This document shows positions 25,501 to 38,138 of a DNA stretch of 64,000 nt, piece after piece. Origin of the DNA: Eledone cirrhosa. Lineage: Eukaryota. Both the position numbers and the translations under genes were made by a program. The notes beneath the pieces are model-generated. The model had not been told where the DNA came from and searched no databases. It saw only the letters and a program-made list of their open reading frames with translations. The stretch's first letter is position 1. Each line of letters starts with the position of its first letter. Location: NCBI GenBank assembly GCA_964016885.1, contig OZ024745.1, positions 27,776,001 through 27,840,000 of the forward strand, in the 5' to 3' direction.

Positions 25501-28500
25501 GATGGTAAGTACCACTGAGGTAAATACTTGATAGTAAGTGACCACTGTGGTAAATACTTGATCGTAAATGCCCACTGTGGTAAATACTTGATAGTAAGTG
25601 ACCACTATGTTAAATACTTGATAGTAAGTAACCACTGTGGTAATATTTGATAGCGAGTGACACTGAGGTAAATACTTGATAGTAAGTGACCACTGTGGTA
25701 AATACTTGGTAGTAAGTGACCACAGTGGTAAATACTTGATAGTGAGTGACAACTGAGGTAAATACTTGGTAATAAGTGACCACTGTGGTAAATACTTGAT
25801 AGTAAGTGAACACTGTGGTAAATACTTGATAGTAAGTGACCACGGTGGTAAATACTTGGTAGTAAGTGACCACTGGGGTAAATACTTGATAGTAAGTGAC
25901 CACTGTGGTAAATACTTGGTAGTAAGTGACCACTGAGGTAAATACTTGGTCGTAAGTGACCACTGTGGTAAATACTTGATAGTAAGTGACTACTGTGGTA
26001 AATACTTGATAGTAAGTGACCACTATGGTAAATACTTGGTAGTAAGTGACACTGAGGTAAATACTGGATAGTAAGTGACTACTGTGGTAAATACTTGATA
26101 GTAAGTGACCACTATGGTAAATACTTCATAGTAAGTGACCACTGTGGTAAATACTTGGTAGTAAGTGACCACTATGGTAAATACTTGGTAGTAAGTGACC
26201 ACTGCGGTAAATACTTGATAGTAAGTGACCACTGTGGTAGATACATGATAGTAAGTAACCACTGAGGTAAATACTTCATAGTAAGTGACCACTGTGGTAA
26301 ATACTGGGTAGTAAGTGACCACTGTGGTAAATACTTCATAGTAAGTGACCACTGTGGTAAATAGTTGATAGTAAGTGACCACTGTGGTAAATAGTTAATA
26401 GTAAATGACCACTGAGGTAAATACTTGATAGTAGGTGACAACCGTGGTAAATACTTGATAGTAAGTGACCACTGTGGTAAATACTTGATAGTAAGTGACC
26501 ACTGTTGTAAATACTTGATAGTAAGTGACCACTGAGGTAAATACTTCATAGTAAGTGACCACTGTGGTAAATACTTGATAGTAAGTGACCACTGTGGCAA
26601 ATAGTTGATAGTAAATGACCACTGAGGTAATTACTTGATAGTAGGTGACAACTGTGGTAAATACTTGATAGTAAGTGACCACTGTGGTAAATAGTTGATA
26701 GTAAATGACCACTGTGGTAAATACTTGATAGCAAGTGAACACTGTGGTAAATAATTGATAGTAAGTGACCACTATGGTAAATACTTGATAGTAAGTGACA
26801 CTGTGGTAAATACTTGATAGTAAGTGACCACTGTGGTAAATACTTGATAGTGAGTGACACTGAGGTAAATACTTGATGGTAAGTGACCAAATGGTAGATA
26901 CTTGATAGTAAGTGACAACTGTGGTAAATACTTGGTAGTAAGTTACCACTATGGTAAATAATTGATAGTAAGTGACCACTATGGTAAATACTTGATAGAA
27001 AGTGACCACTGTGGTAAATACTTGATAGTAAGTGACCACTGTGGTAAATACTTGGTAGTAAGTGACCACTGTGGTAAATAGTTGATAGTGAGTTACAACT
27101 GTGGTAAATACTTGATGGTAAGTGACCACTGTGGTAAATACTTGATGGTAAGTACCACTGAGGTAAATACTTGATAGTAAGTGACCACTTTGGTAAATAC
27201 TTGATCGTAAATGCCCACTGTGGTAAATACTTGATAGTAAGTGACCACTATGTTAAATACTTGGTAATAAGTGACCACTGTGGTAAATACTTGATAGTAA
27301 GTGAACACTGTGGTAAATACTTGATAGTAAGTGACCACGGTGGTAAATACTTGGTAGTAAGTGACCACTGGGGTAAATACTTGATAGTAAGTGACCACTG
27401 TGGTAAATACTTGATAGTAAGTGACCACTGTGGTAAATACGTGATAGTAAGTGACCACTGAGGTAAATAGTTGATAGTAAGTGACCACTAAGGTAAATAC
27501 TTGATAGTAAGTGATCACTGTGGTAAATACTTGATAGTAAGTTACCATTGTGGTAAATACTTGGTAGTAAGTGACCACTGGGGTAGATACATGATTGTAA
27601 GTGACCACTGATGTAAATACTTGATAGTAAGTGACCACTGTGGTAAATAGTTGATAGTAAGTGACCACTGTGGTATTTACTTGGTAGTAAGTGACAACTG
27701 AGGTAAATACTTGGTTGTAGGTGACCACTTTGGTAAATAGTTGATAGTAAGTGACCACGTGGTAAATACTTGATAGTAAGTGACCACTGTGGTAAATACT
27801 TGATAGTAAGTGACCATTGTGGTACATAGTTGATAGTAAGTGACCACTGTGGTAAATAGTTGATAGTAAGTGACCACTGTGGTAAATACTTGATAATAAG
27901 TGACCATGTGGTAAATAGTTGATAGTAAGTGACCACTGTGGTAAATACTTGATAGTAAGTGACCACTGAGGTAAATACTTGGTAGTGAGTGGCCACTGTG
28001 GTAAATACTTGATAGTAAGTGACCACTGTGGTAAATACTTGATAGTAAGTGACCACTGTGGTAAATAGTTGATAGTGAGTGACAACTGAGGTAAATACGT
28101 GGTAGTAAGTGACCACAAAGGTACATACTTGATAGTAAGTGACCACTGAGGTAAATACTTGGTAGTAAGTGACCACTGAGGTAAATACTTGATAGTAAGT
28201 GACCTCTGAGGTAAATACTTGGTAGTAAGTGACCACTGAGGTAAATACTTGATAGTAAGTGACCACTGAGTTAAATACTTGATAGTAAGTGACCACTGTG
28301 GTAAATAGTTGATAGTGAGTGCCCAGTGTGGTAAATACCTGATAGTACGTGACTACTGAGTTAAATACTTGGTAGTAAGTGACCACTGAGGTAAATACTT
28401 GATAGTAAGTGACCACTGTGGTAGATACTTGATAGTAAGTGACCACTGTGGTAAATAGTTGATAGTATGTGACCACTGTGGAAACTACTTGATAGTAAGT

Positions 28501-30640
28501 GACCACTGTGGTAAATACTTGATAGTAAGTGACAATGAGGTAAATACTTGATAGTATGTGACCACTGTGGAAACTACTTGATAGTAAGTGACCACTGTGG
28601 TAAATACTTATAGTAAGTGACTACGTGGTAAATACTTGATAGTAAGTGACCACTGTGGTAGATACATGATAGTAAGTGGCCACTGTGGTAAATAGTTGAT
28701 AGTAAGTGACCACTGTGTTAAATACTTGATAGTAAGTGACCACTGTGGTAAATACTTGATAGTAAGTGACAACTGATGTAAATACTTGATAGTAAGTGAC
28801 CACTGTGGTAAATACTTGATAGTAAGTGACCACTGTGGTAAATAATTGATAGCAAGTGGCCACTGTGGTAAATAGTTGATAGTAAGTGACCACTGTGGTA
28901 AATACTTATAGTAAGTGACTACGTGGTAGATACTTGATAGTAATTGACCACTGTGGTAAATACTTGATAGTGAGTGACCACTGTGGTAGATACTTATAGT
29001 AAGTGACTACGTGGTAAATACTTGATAGTAAGTCACCACTGTGGTAGATACATGATAGTAAGTGACCACTGTGGTAAATAGTTGATAGCAAGTGACCACT
29101 GAGATAAATAGTTGATAGTAAATGACCACTGTGGTAAATACTTGATAGTAAGTGACCTTTGTGGTAAATACTTGATAGTAAGTGACCACTGTGGTAAATA
29201 CTTGATAGTGAGTGCCCACTGTGGTAAATACTTGATAGTAAGTGACCACTGTGGTAAATAGTTGATAGTAAGTGACCACTGTGGTAAATACTTGACAGTA
29301 AGTGACCACGTGGTAAATACTTGATAGTAAGTGACCATGTGGTAAATACTTGATAGTAAGTGACACTGTGGTAAATACTTGATAGTAAGTGACCACGTGG
29401 TAAATAGTTGATAGCGAGTGACACTGAGGTAAATACTTGATAGTAAGTGACCACAGAGGTAAATACTTGGTAGTGAGTGGCCACTGTGGTAAATACTTGA
29501 TAGTAAGTGACCACTGTGGTAAATACTTGATAGTAAGTGACTATGGTGGTAAATACTTGATAGTAAGTGACCACTGTGGTAAATACTTGATAGTAAGTGA
29601 CCACTGTGGTAGATACTTATAGTAAGTGACTACGTGGTAAATACTTGATAGTAAGTCACCACTGTGGTAGATACATGATAGTAAGTGGCCACTGTGGTAA
29701 ATAGTTGATAGCAAGTGACCACTGAGGTAAATAGTTGATAGTAAATGACCACTGTGGTAAATACTTGATATTAAGTGACCTTTGTGGTAAATACTTGATA
29801 GTAAGTGACCACTGTGGTAAATACTTGATAGTGAGTGCCCACTGTGGTAAATACTTGATAGTAAGTGACCACTGTGGTAAATAGTAGATAGTAAGTGACC
29901 ACTGTGGTAAATTCTTGATAGTAAGTGACCACGTGGTAAATACTTGATAGTAAGTGACCATGTGGTAAATAGTTGATAGTAAGTGACCACTGTGGTAAAT
30001 ACTTGATAGTAAGTGACCACGTGGTAAATAGTTGATAGCGAGAGACACTGAGGTAAATACTTGATAGTAAGTGACCACAGAGGTAAATACTTGGTAGTGA
30101 GTGGCCACTGTGGTAAATACTTGATAGTAAGTTACCACTGTGGTAAATACTTGATAGTAAGTGACTATGGTGGTAAATACTTGATAGTAAGTGACCACTG
30201 TGGTAAATACTTGATAGTGAGTGCCCACTGTGGTAAATACTTGATAGTAAGTGACAACTGTGGTAAATAGTTGATAGTAAGTGACCACTGTGGTAAATAC
30301 TTGATAGTAAGTGATCACTGTGGTAAATAGTTGATAGTACATGACCACTGTGGTAAATACTTGATAGTAAGTGACACTGTGGTAGATACTTGATAGTAAG
30401 TGACCACTGTGGTAAATACTTGATAGTAAGTGACCACAGTGGTAAATAGTTGATAGTAAGTGACCACAGTGGTAAATAGTTGATAGTAAGTGACCACAGT
30501 GGTAAATAGTTCATAGTAAGTGACAACTGTGGTAAATACTTGATAGTAAGTGACCACAGTGGTAAATAGTTGATAGTAAGTGACCACAGTGGTAAATACT
30601 TGATAGTAAGTGACCACAGTGGTAAATAGTTGATAGTAAG
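22530..30640. repeat. 30-bp satellite/minisatellite array, roughly 270 units, consensus TG(G/A)TAGTAAGTGACCACTGTGGTAAATACT
   Basis: Head-to-tail units without spacers. Nearly perfect on the left and progressively diverged on the right. Confidence 0.99.
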
Positions 30641-30817
30641 CAAATAAAAAAAACGTGGTGTGATTTCAATTCCTTGTTAAACCTGCTAAAACTTCAAGTA
30701 TACTTCAGCGGCAAAACAATAATAGTGACTTTTTTGCTTCTTCACCTTGAACCTGTAGCAGTAGAAAGTTTCAGCGTTATGGCACCCGCACCACACCTCT
30801 GCTCACTGCTAGTGGTT

Positions 30818-30818
30818 T

Positions 30819-30882
<64 letters not shown>

Positions 30883-31086
30883 AGTGGTAGATTCAGCGAC
30901 TTCCGTTGTTTATAGAGGTAGCTATGACATGACTTACAACAGTAACAGTGACAACAGCAGCAACAGAAACAGTTTGGCAGCTCTGAAGTAATAGCAGCAG
31001 AAAAATTACTACAGTGGTAGCAGCAGCAGTACTACTGCCGAAGTGCTGCAATAATAGTAGTACTAGCAGCACTAATACCAATACTA

Positions 31087-31138
<52 letters not shown>

Positions 31139-31182
31139 GTACTACTACTACTGCTCTGCTACTACTACTACTGCTGCTACTA

Positions 31183-31250
<68 letters not shown>

Positions 31251-31383
31251 GCTGCTGCTACTACTACTACTACTGCTACTAATACTACTACTACTGTTAC
31301 TACTATTACTATTACTACTACTACTGCTACTACTACTACAGCTGCTGCTGCTACTACTATTACTATTACTACTACTACTACTG

Positions 31384-31415
<32 letters not shown>

Positions 31416-31435
31416 ACTACTACTATTGCTACTAT
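30818..31435. repeat. (CTA)n/(TAG)n trinucleotide tracts, including a (CTA)n-(GTA)n foldback at 30820-30875
   Basis: Directly visible. Confidence 0.9.
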
Positions 31436-31518
31436 ATATATATATATATATATATATCCCAAGGCTCTGATATCATCAACACTATAAACACAGAGCTGGC
31501 ATATATAAGAACTGACTA

Positions 31519-31574
31519 ACTGCCTGATGAGGTCATAGCCATTCAATGGTTATCATCGAAATATATATAGCAGT
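31519..31574 (+). ncRNA. Minimal type-I hammerhead ribozyme, apparently intact
   Basis: actgc-CTGATGA-ggtcatagccatt(c)aatggttatcatc-GAAA-tatata-TA-gcagt. Helix I is 5 bp, helix II is long and closed by G-C, helix III is palindromic. Predicted cleavage after AUA at 31569. Confidence 0.85.
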
Positions 31575-31870
31575 AAATAAAGGATTATGAGTTCATGCAA
31601 TTGACTTATGTTTCGTCACTATATATATGTGTGTGTGTGTGTGAGTGTGTGTGTGTGTGTATGTGTGTGCGTGTGTATGTGTGTGAGTGTGTGTGTGTGT
31701 GTGTGTGTTAGTCTATGCTTATTTTAATGTCTCGTTTAAATTGACTATTATGTTTTGGTAACTTTAATTACCCATATGTAAATATGTGCATATGTTTTAT
31801 TCCTCAATATATATTTCATTATATGTATGTTTGTTTAAATGTCTGTTTAAATAACTAGTTTGTTTCGGTA

Positions 31871-31923
<53 letters not shown>

Positions 31924-31977
31924 CGTTTCTGAATTTGTTTAGCAAGATTCTTTATCTGAAAACGTGTGTTGAAACCG

Positions 31978-32447
31978 ATATTGTTATACTTTGGGAGGGT
32001 CATGTTGCCAATAAGAAACACACGCACCAGTTACTTTCACTTCAATTTATTATAATAAATTTATAAATTTAGGAATTTATAAATTTCTGGTTGGTTGGTT
32101 CAACAACCAGATGATTGTTTATATATTGTCAAAGTTCTTTCGTCACACATTCTGTGACCTCTTCATTGACTGGGGATTATTTGTGCCTCTTCAGTGACTG
32201 GGGATTTGTTTTTGTGCCTCTCCTTTGAGAGGCACAAAAACAAAGAAAAGAATCCCCAGTCACTGAAGTGGTCACAGAATGTGTGACGAAAGAACTTTGA
32301 CAATATATAAACAATCATCTGGTTGTGGAACCAACCAACCAACCAGAAATTTATAAATTCCTAAATTTATAAATTTATTATATTAAATTGAAGTAAAATC
32401 CTATGGTGCGTGTGTTTCTTATTGGCAACATGACCCTCCCAAAGTAT

Positions 32448-32455
<8 letters not shown>
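31978..32455. mobile_element. ~480-bp near-perfect palindrome carrying a hammerhead motif in each arm (inverted Penelope-like pLTR arrangement)
   Basis: Arms are reverse complements around a cttt loop at 32223-32226. gtca-CTGAAGTG-gtcaca(gaatg)tgtgac-GAAA-gaac-TT-tgac at 32259-32301, with a mirror copy at 32128-32170. Confidence 0.8.
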
Positions 32456-32484
<29 letters not shown>

Positions 32485-32530
32485 GGAATACTGTTGGCTT
32501 CTTGCTACAATATTTTCTATACTTTTCATT

Positions 32531-32571
<41 letters not shown>

Positions 32572-32604
32572 ATGCATATGGCTATATATATATATTTATG
32601 TGAG

Positions 32605-32640
<36 letters not shown>

Positions 32641-32649
<9 letters not shown>

Positions 32650-33024
32650 ATATTAAATAAATGGAAACTATCTTTATAAAACCATATTTATTCTGTTATA
32701 TATATTTCAAGGGTACCAAAACTTTGGTACGCACTCATCAGATAAAATACAAAGTTTGTTTTATAAATATTGACATACCCAGGAATAGGATCTTAACGGT
32801 TCAAGTTATTCCTGGATAGTAAATAGTTGAACATCCCTTTTGCTTATATATATATAAGCAGAAGGGATATTCAATTTGTTGGTAATTCAACAAATATAAA
32901 TGTTTATAACTGATTCAGAGCACTCGACAAATTTTCCTGGAGTATAATATTCAATGATATTAAATAAATGAAATAAATATGGTTTTATAAATATAGTTTC
33001 CATTTATTTAATATCATTGTATAT
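32641..33024. mobile_element. Foldback element with ~50-bp terminal inverted repeats, a hammerhead motif (32689-32749, -) and a central palindrome (32827-32874)
   Basis: 32641-32690 is the reverse complement of 32976-33024. Minus strand reads tattttat-CTGATGA-gtgcgtaccaaagttttggtaccctt-GAAA-tatata-TA-acagaata. Confidence 0.75.
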
Positions 33025-33067
33025 ATAAATATATACATAAGGCGTGTGATTGAGTGGTTAGAAGTGA

Positions 33068-33185
33068 AGGCGTGTGGCTGAGTGGTTAGAGAATTGGATT
33101 CGCAATCGTAAGGTTGTGAGTTCGATTCCTGGACCAGGCGATGCGTTATGTCCTTGAGCAAGACTCTTTATTTCACGTTGCTCCT
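33068..33185 (+). mobile_element. tRNA-derived CORE-type SINE 5' part
   Basis: A box tggctgagtgg, B box gagttcgattcc, then CORE-like tgtccttgagcaagactcttta. The head is partly duplicated at 33041-33063. Confidence 0.85.
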
Positions 33186-33398
33186 TCTACCTGGAGTTGC
33201 GACCGATAGATAGTATTAGCAATTGGAAAGACCAATGGAAACATTGTTTCCTCGGTCCGATTTGACGAAAGTCGATCGTTCCATTATATATATATATATG
33301 TCCTTTCATACAGTGTTATGCATGGGCTTTCAGTTTGTACCTCTAACCAAACAGATGTTAAAATATAATCAATTATACACGTCTTCACTAATATTATT

Positions 33399-33694
33399 AT
33401 TGCCTTTCATCCTTACGGGGTCGATAAAATAAAGTACCAGTAATGCACTGGGTAATTGCTGGCCTTGTGCCTAAAGTAGAAACAATTATATATTCTATAT
33501 ATCGGTGGTGGATTGGCAGTATCGGCAGAGGGTCGGACGCCATGCTTTGTAGCACAGTTACGTCCCTTTACGGACTGAGTTCAAATCCCGCCGAGGTTAA
33601 CTTTGCCTTTCATCCTTACGGGGTCGATAAAATAAAGTACCAGTAATACACTGAATTAATTGCTGGCCTTGTGCCAAAAAGTAGAAACAATTAT
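33399..33694 (+). mobile_element. Tandem Nin/Deu SINEs: 5'-truncated copy (33399-33490) plus full copy (33504-33694)
   Basis: Consensus match. TSD tattctatatatc at 33491-33503 and 33695-33707. Confidence 0.92.
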
Positions 33695-34140
33695 TATTCT
33701 ATATATCTTTTCATAAATTTGACCTTATCGTTCACTATATTCATAATTGAATCTACAGATAATAGATGTTTTTGACCTTCATAAACATCTATGCATTGAA
33801 TGCTATCTTAATTTATTCATATAAATCAAAATCATAGTCGTTTATAATATATTTGTTTCACTATATAACATTTTTATATGTATAAATACCTGCATGTACA
33901 CACACACACTTACATATAAACACACACACACAAATACAGATGACTGGATATATTTAGTGTATGTTCTTGTTTTAACTGAGGTTTAACTAAAGTGTGTTAA
34001 AAACATTTTATCAAACAGCTTATTCACTTATAGGTTATTTCCCTTTTGGTTTATAAAACTAATAACGCACTTCTTCGTAACGTAATTCCTTTATATGTCT
34101 TATACCTACCAGATCACTTAACATGTTTAAATATGATTAA

Positions 34141-34690
34141 TCTTCTTCTTCTTCTTCTTCTTCTTCTTCTTCTTCTTCTTCTTCTTCTTCTTCTTCTTCT
34201 TCTTCTTCTTCTTCTTCTTCTTCTTCTTCTTCTTCTTCTTCTTCTTCTTCTTCTTCTTCTTCTTCTTCTTCTTCTTCTTCTTCTTCTTCTTCTTCTTCTC
34301 ATCCTCCTCCTCCTTCTTCTTCTTCTTCTTCTTCTTCTTCTTCTTCTTCTTCTTCTTCTTCTTCTTCTTCTTCTTCTTCTTCTTCTTCTTCTTCTTCTTC
34401 TTCTTCTTCTTCTTCTTCTTCTTCTTCTTCTTCTTCTTCTTCTTCTTCTTCTTCTTCTTCTTCTTCTTCTTCTTCTTCTTCTTCTTCATTTTCTTCTTCT
34501 TCTTCTTCTCCTTCTTCTTCTTCTTCTTCTTCTTCTTCTTCTTCTTCTTCTTCTTCTTCTCCCCCCCCTCTCCTCCCCCTCCTCCTCCTGCTCCTCCTCC
34601 TGCTCCTCATCTTCCTCCTCCTCCTGCTCCTGCTCCTCCTCCTCCTCCTCCTCCTCCTCCTCCTTATTCTTCTTCTTCTTCTTCTTCTTC
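34141..34690. repeat. ~550-bp (CTT)n/(CCT)n polypyrimidine tract
   Basis: Directly visible; abuts the 3' end of the RTE element. Confidence 0.97.
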
Positions 34691-36270
34691 TTTGCCCACT
34701 TATTCCCGGGAGGGTCGTGGGAGCAGAGTCCTCAAGCACACCCAGCGGGTCCTATCAGAAGCAACCGTCTCCAGTTGATCTGGTTGGATCCCTAAGCGAG
34801 ACCAGACGAGCTAATGGATATTATCTAACTATCTTATTCGGTGTCTACCTCTGTGTCTCCTGTCAGTTGGGTTTTCCCGTAAAAGCTGTCCAGCAATTCT
34901 ATCATGAGGCATTCTAACCACATGTCCGTGCTATCGGAGATGTGATCTCTCAATTCAGAGGAGTAACGCCTCTGCCTGAAGCGACACTCTAATCTCTGAG
35001 TTACGAACTCTGTAGAGCAACGTTACTCCCAAAGCCCAAGATAATGGTTGTGACGAATACCGAATTGAAGATAGCGAGTTTGGCTTTTACACATTACCTC
35101 TTTTCTTCTGATGACAGAAGATGTGGCATTACTGCACCAATTACTGAAATTCTTGCCCTTAATTCAGTCTCCTATCTTCCAGCATTCGTGAACACGATTC
35201 AGAGATATTGAACTTTTCAATTTACTTAAATGGAACACTACTCACATGTAGATAGTAATGTGCAGGCTTTCTCAAGAGGACGAGTGTATCACTCTCCGCA
35301 GCGCTGGTTTTCATTAAAGCCGTGCAGCACTTGGCATCGAACCTATCAAGTGCAAATCGAAGATCATTTTCTGACGACTTAAGTAATGCCAAGTTATGCG
35401 CAAATTCAAGCCAACTGATCCACTTCCAACCCAGCTGCCCATGTCAATACTGTCCAAGAATATACCGGCCACAGAGTGAATATTTGATCGGCTATGCTGC
35501 TTCCAGGACGAAAACCATACTATTTGACAGCTAGCTTGGACACGACAATATCCTTACGTCTCTTTGCCAGACACTTAGCATAGACCTCATCGAAGAGGCT
35601 TAAGAAGATCCCTCTATGATTAGAGCAATCTCTCTTGTCTCTCTCTTTGAAAATTGGCATCATCATTCTCGATTGTCATTGCTTAGGTGACTTTCCAAAG
35701 ATCCAGACCACCTGTCACACACACGTCACCTAGAAAATACCTTCTCTATTCAAGGGTTTTAACATGCCAGGCTGAATTTCATCCTCATCAGAGGCCTTGC
35801 CATATTTGAGCTCTTTAATTGTTCATTTGACTTCAACCTCCGAGAGGATATGTTATCGCTCCTAGATGCTCCTGGTGTACATCAGAAGATGTTGTTTTGA
35901 CCGGGCTTAGAAGATTAGCAAATATTCTCTCCACCTCGCGAGGATGCACCTCTTCGAAAAAAGGAGAACTCTCGACGCGTTCCTGATAGCAGGTGAGGAG
36001 GAGGACTTCTTATTCCGAAGTCAACGGATGATCTGCCAGAATACTTTATTTGCTGATCTAAAGTTGGATTTCACCTTAGCCCCAAAGTCTTCCCATATCT
36101 TAACTTTGGATACCTTTACTGTCTCTGCTGCAACGTTTTGCGCCTGCATGTTCCGCACATGCAAGAAAGATGACATATTTCCAAGCCAAGCTTTGTAACC
36201 TTCTTCATTGCCACACCAAGCCACTTTCACAGCAGCATTTAACAGCTGAAGCAGAAACTGATTACTTCTC
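34691..36270 (-). mobile_element. Decayed RTE-clade LINE (linker, RT remnants and 3' end)
   Basis: KIWEDFGAKVKSNFRSANKVFWQIIR and KASDEDEIQPGMLKPL. The 3' end is homologous to 60952-61137. Confidence 0.8.
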
Positions 36271-36479
36271 ACAATACAATTTTTATTTTCCACTCGAAGG
36301 GACATTTTTACTATTTTCTATATTCTCGACGAACATGGCAAAAATTAATTACTTAATCGAAACAGTCGACTATATTGTTTTCGTTAATGAAACATTCGTA
36401 GAATAAGAAAATGTTTGTATGCGTGTAAATTCCTCTTTTTTTCTTTTCACTCTCTCTCTCTCACACACACACACGCACA

Positions 36480-36518
<39 letters not shown>

Positions 36519-36578
36519 ATACACATATATATATTATTCAAAATGTTAACAAATGAAAAATATTCTCATAATCAAAAT

Positions 36579-36650
36579 ATATACTTTATTATATATATTT
36601 CAAAGGTACTATGTTGTTTTTTCAGTACGTCCTCATCAGACAAAATATAT
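36579..36650 (-). ncRNA. Minimal hammerhead ribozyme motif (same family as 32689 and 61656)
   Basis: atatattttgt-CTGATGA-ggacgtact...agtaccttt-GAAA-tatata-TA-ataaagtatat. Confidence 0.7.
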
Positions 36651-36799
36651 GATTTGATATATGACATACCGCTACAGTCTTGATTATTCAATTCCAGTAT
36701 TGGCAGTGATTTATTTCATCAAATCTCAACGTTTTTATACCACAAATAATATGATAAACTTAAACATAATATTGAACATTTTTTAAAGTTAAACTAACC

Positions 36800-37585
36800 A
36801 ATACCTTCAGGAGCTGGTTAGCTTTTCTATACCTGAAGGCTAAATCTGTGTTTGTTTGCCAAACACGATCCACAATGTGATTTGGTCCTGGATGTGAGCA
36901 ATAGCAAAGGTCACGCTTTTAGACTGGTGGCTGTTTCTGTCCCGACTGGAGCAGGACTGGCGGATTTCTTCAGGCTTCTGAAAGCCTTTCGATGAAGGTC
37001 TCACTATTTACTGCTCTGCTAGCGGGGAACTGAAACGGGGCGGCATCTTAGGTACATGCTGGGACTGTGTAGGAGTAGTAGATAAAGGGGGGGGGGGCAA
37101 ACATCTGAAGAACATGATAAGGCAGTTCCAACTGTCAGATAGATACGGACTAGATTTTCCGAATGTACCAATCGCATATACATCTAGATCGTATTTAGTT
37201 AGGTTACCAGATAGGGATAACATAAGGTGTCCACAATTTCGAAAGGTCACCTATTCACCGACAAATTCGGGATCTGCATGGTTGGTCTAGATAGAACTCA
37301 TAGGCATCGACCTGGTTACTGGAAGCTTAACGTGTCGTTCCCGGTACGTAAAGCCCACAGCAACCGGATTAGACATGAGTCAAGCACTTGTTGATAGGAG
37401 CAGTCGTCAACAACAGGTAGAGTAGAATCAATAGCATTTAGTAAAGAAGCAGAGATAGGAAACATTAGGAAAGGAGGAGAATTAGTAGCTAAATAGAAGA
37501 GGTGATTACGGGTTGGGCAATGCGTCAGTTTGCCATCTTTAGCAAGCTTACTGACTCCGATTTTCAGACTCTGGTGTCACAACTG
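36800..37585 (-). mobile_element. Possible decayed Gypsy-type gag remnant
   Basis: PBS-like ttgtgacaccagagt (cf. tggtgaccccgacgt) near 37568-37582, followed by weak gag-like peptides (ADPEF, NLTKYD). Confidence 0.3.
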
Positions 37586-37942
37586 AACAAATTGCTGTTG
37601 AGCTTCACAAATTCCTCTATTGGACTAATTTATTTACTAGTTATATTCATCTATATTCTGATATCTTAACTATAATAAAGTAAGGAGTGCGAGACTGCGT
37701 CCAGAATATATATATTTATCCCGTTTGTAAAATAAGTTGGATTACTTTGAATAAATAATGAATGAATATTACATAATTTATCTACTAAATTTCGTTATTC
37801 TTGATTAAATAGAAATAATTTTGTTGCTTATTTCAAGATTCACTTCTTTAAAATTTTCAAATGTCAACACTTCCGGTTAGCGATCGCTTAAATTAACATT
37901 CATATATTTCCGTCACTAATTTTCTCCTAATGCAGTTTATAT

Positions 37943-38138
37943 ATAATTGTTTCTACTTTTGGCACAAGGCCTGCAATAATCCCAGTGTATTACTGGTACT
38001 TTATTTTATCGACCCCGTAAGAATGAAAGGCAAAGTTAACCACGGCAGGATTTGAACTCAGATCATAAAGGGCCTTAACTCTATACTACAAAGCATGGCG
38101 TCCGACCCTCTACCGATACTGCCATACCACCGCCCTCC
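37943..38138 (-). mobile_element. Full-length Nin/Deu SINE
   Basis: Reverse complement of the consensus. TSD aatgcagtttatat at 37929-37942 and 38139-38152. Confidence 0.93.

Noticed and set aside
22530-30640. CRISPR-like array, or long protein-coding ORFs (VVSDHCGKYL / WSLTTKYLPQ repeats)
   Set aside because: Units are contiguous with no unique spacers and no cas genes. Frames are open only because the 30-mer lacks stops; indels and stops accumulate freely. Cys/His spacing is not C2H2.
33068-33140. tRNA gene
   Set aside because: A and B boxes are present but run straight into a CORE domain, with no acceptor stem or terminator; it is a SINE head
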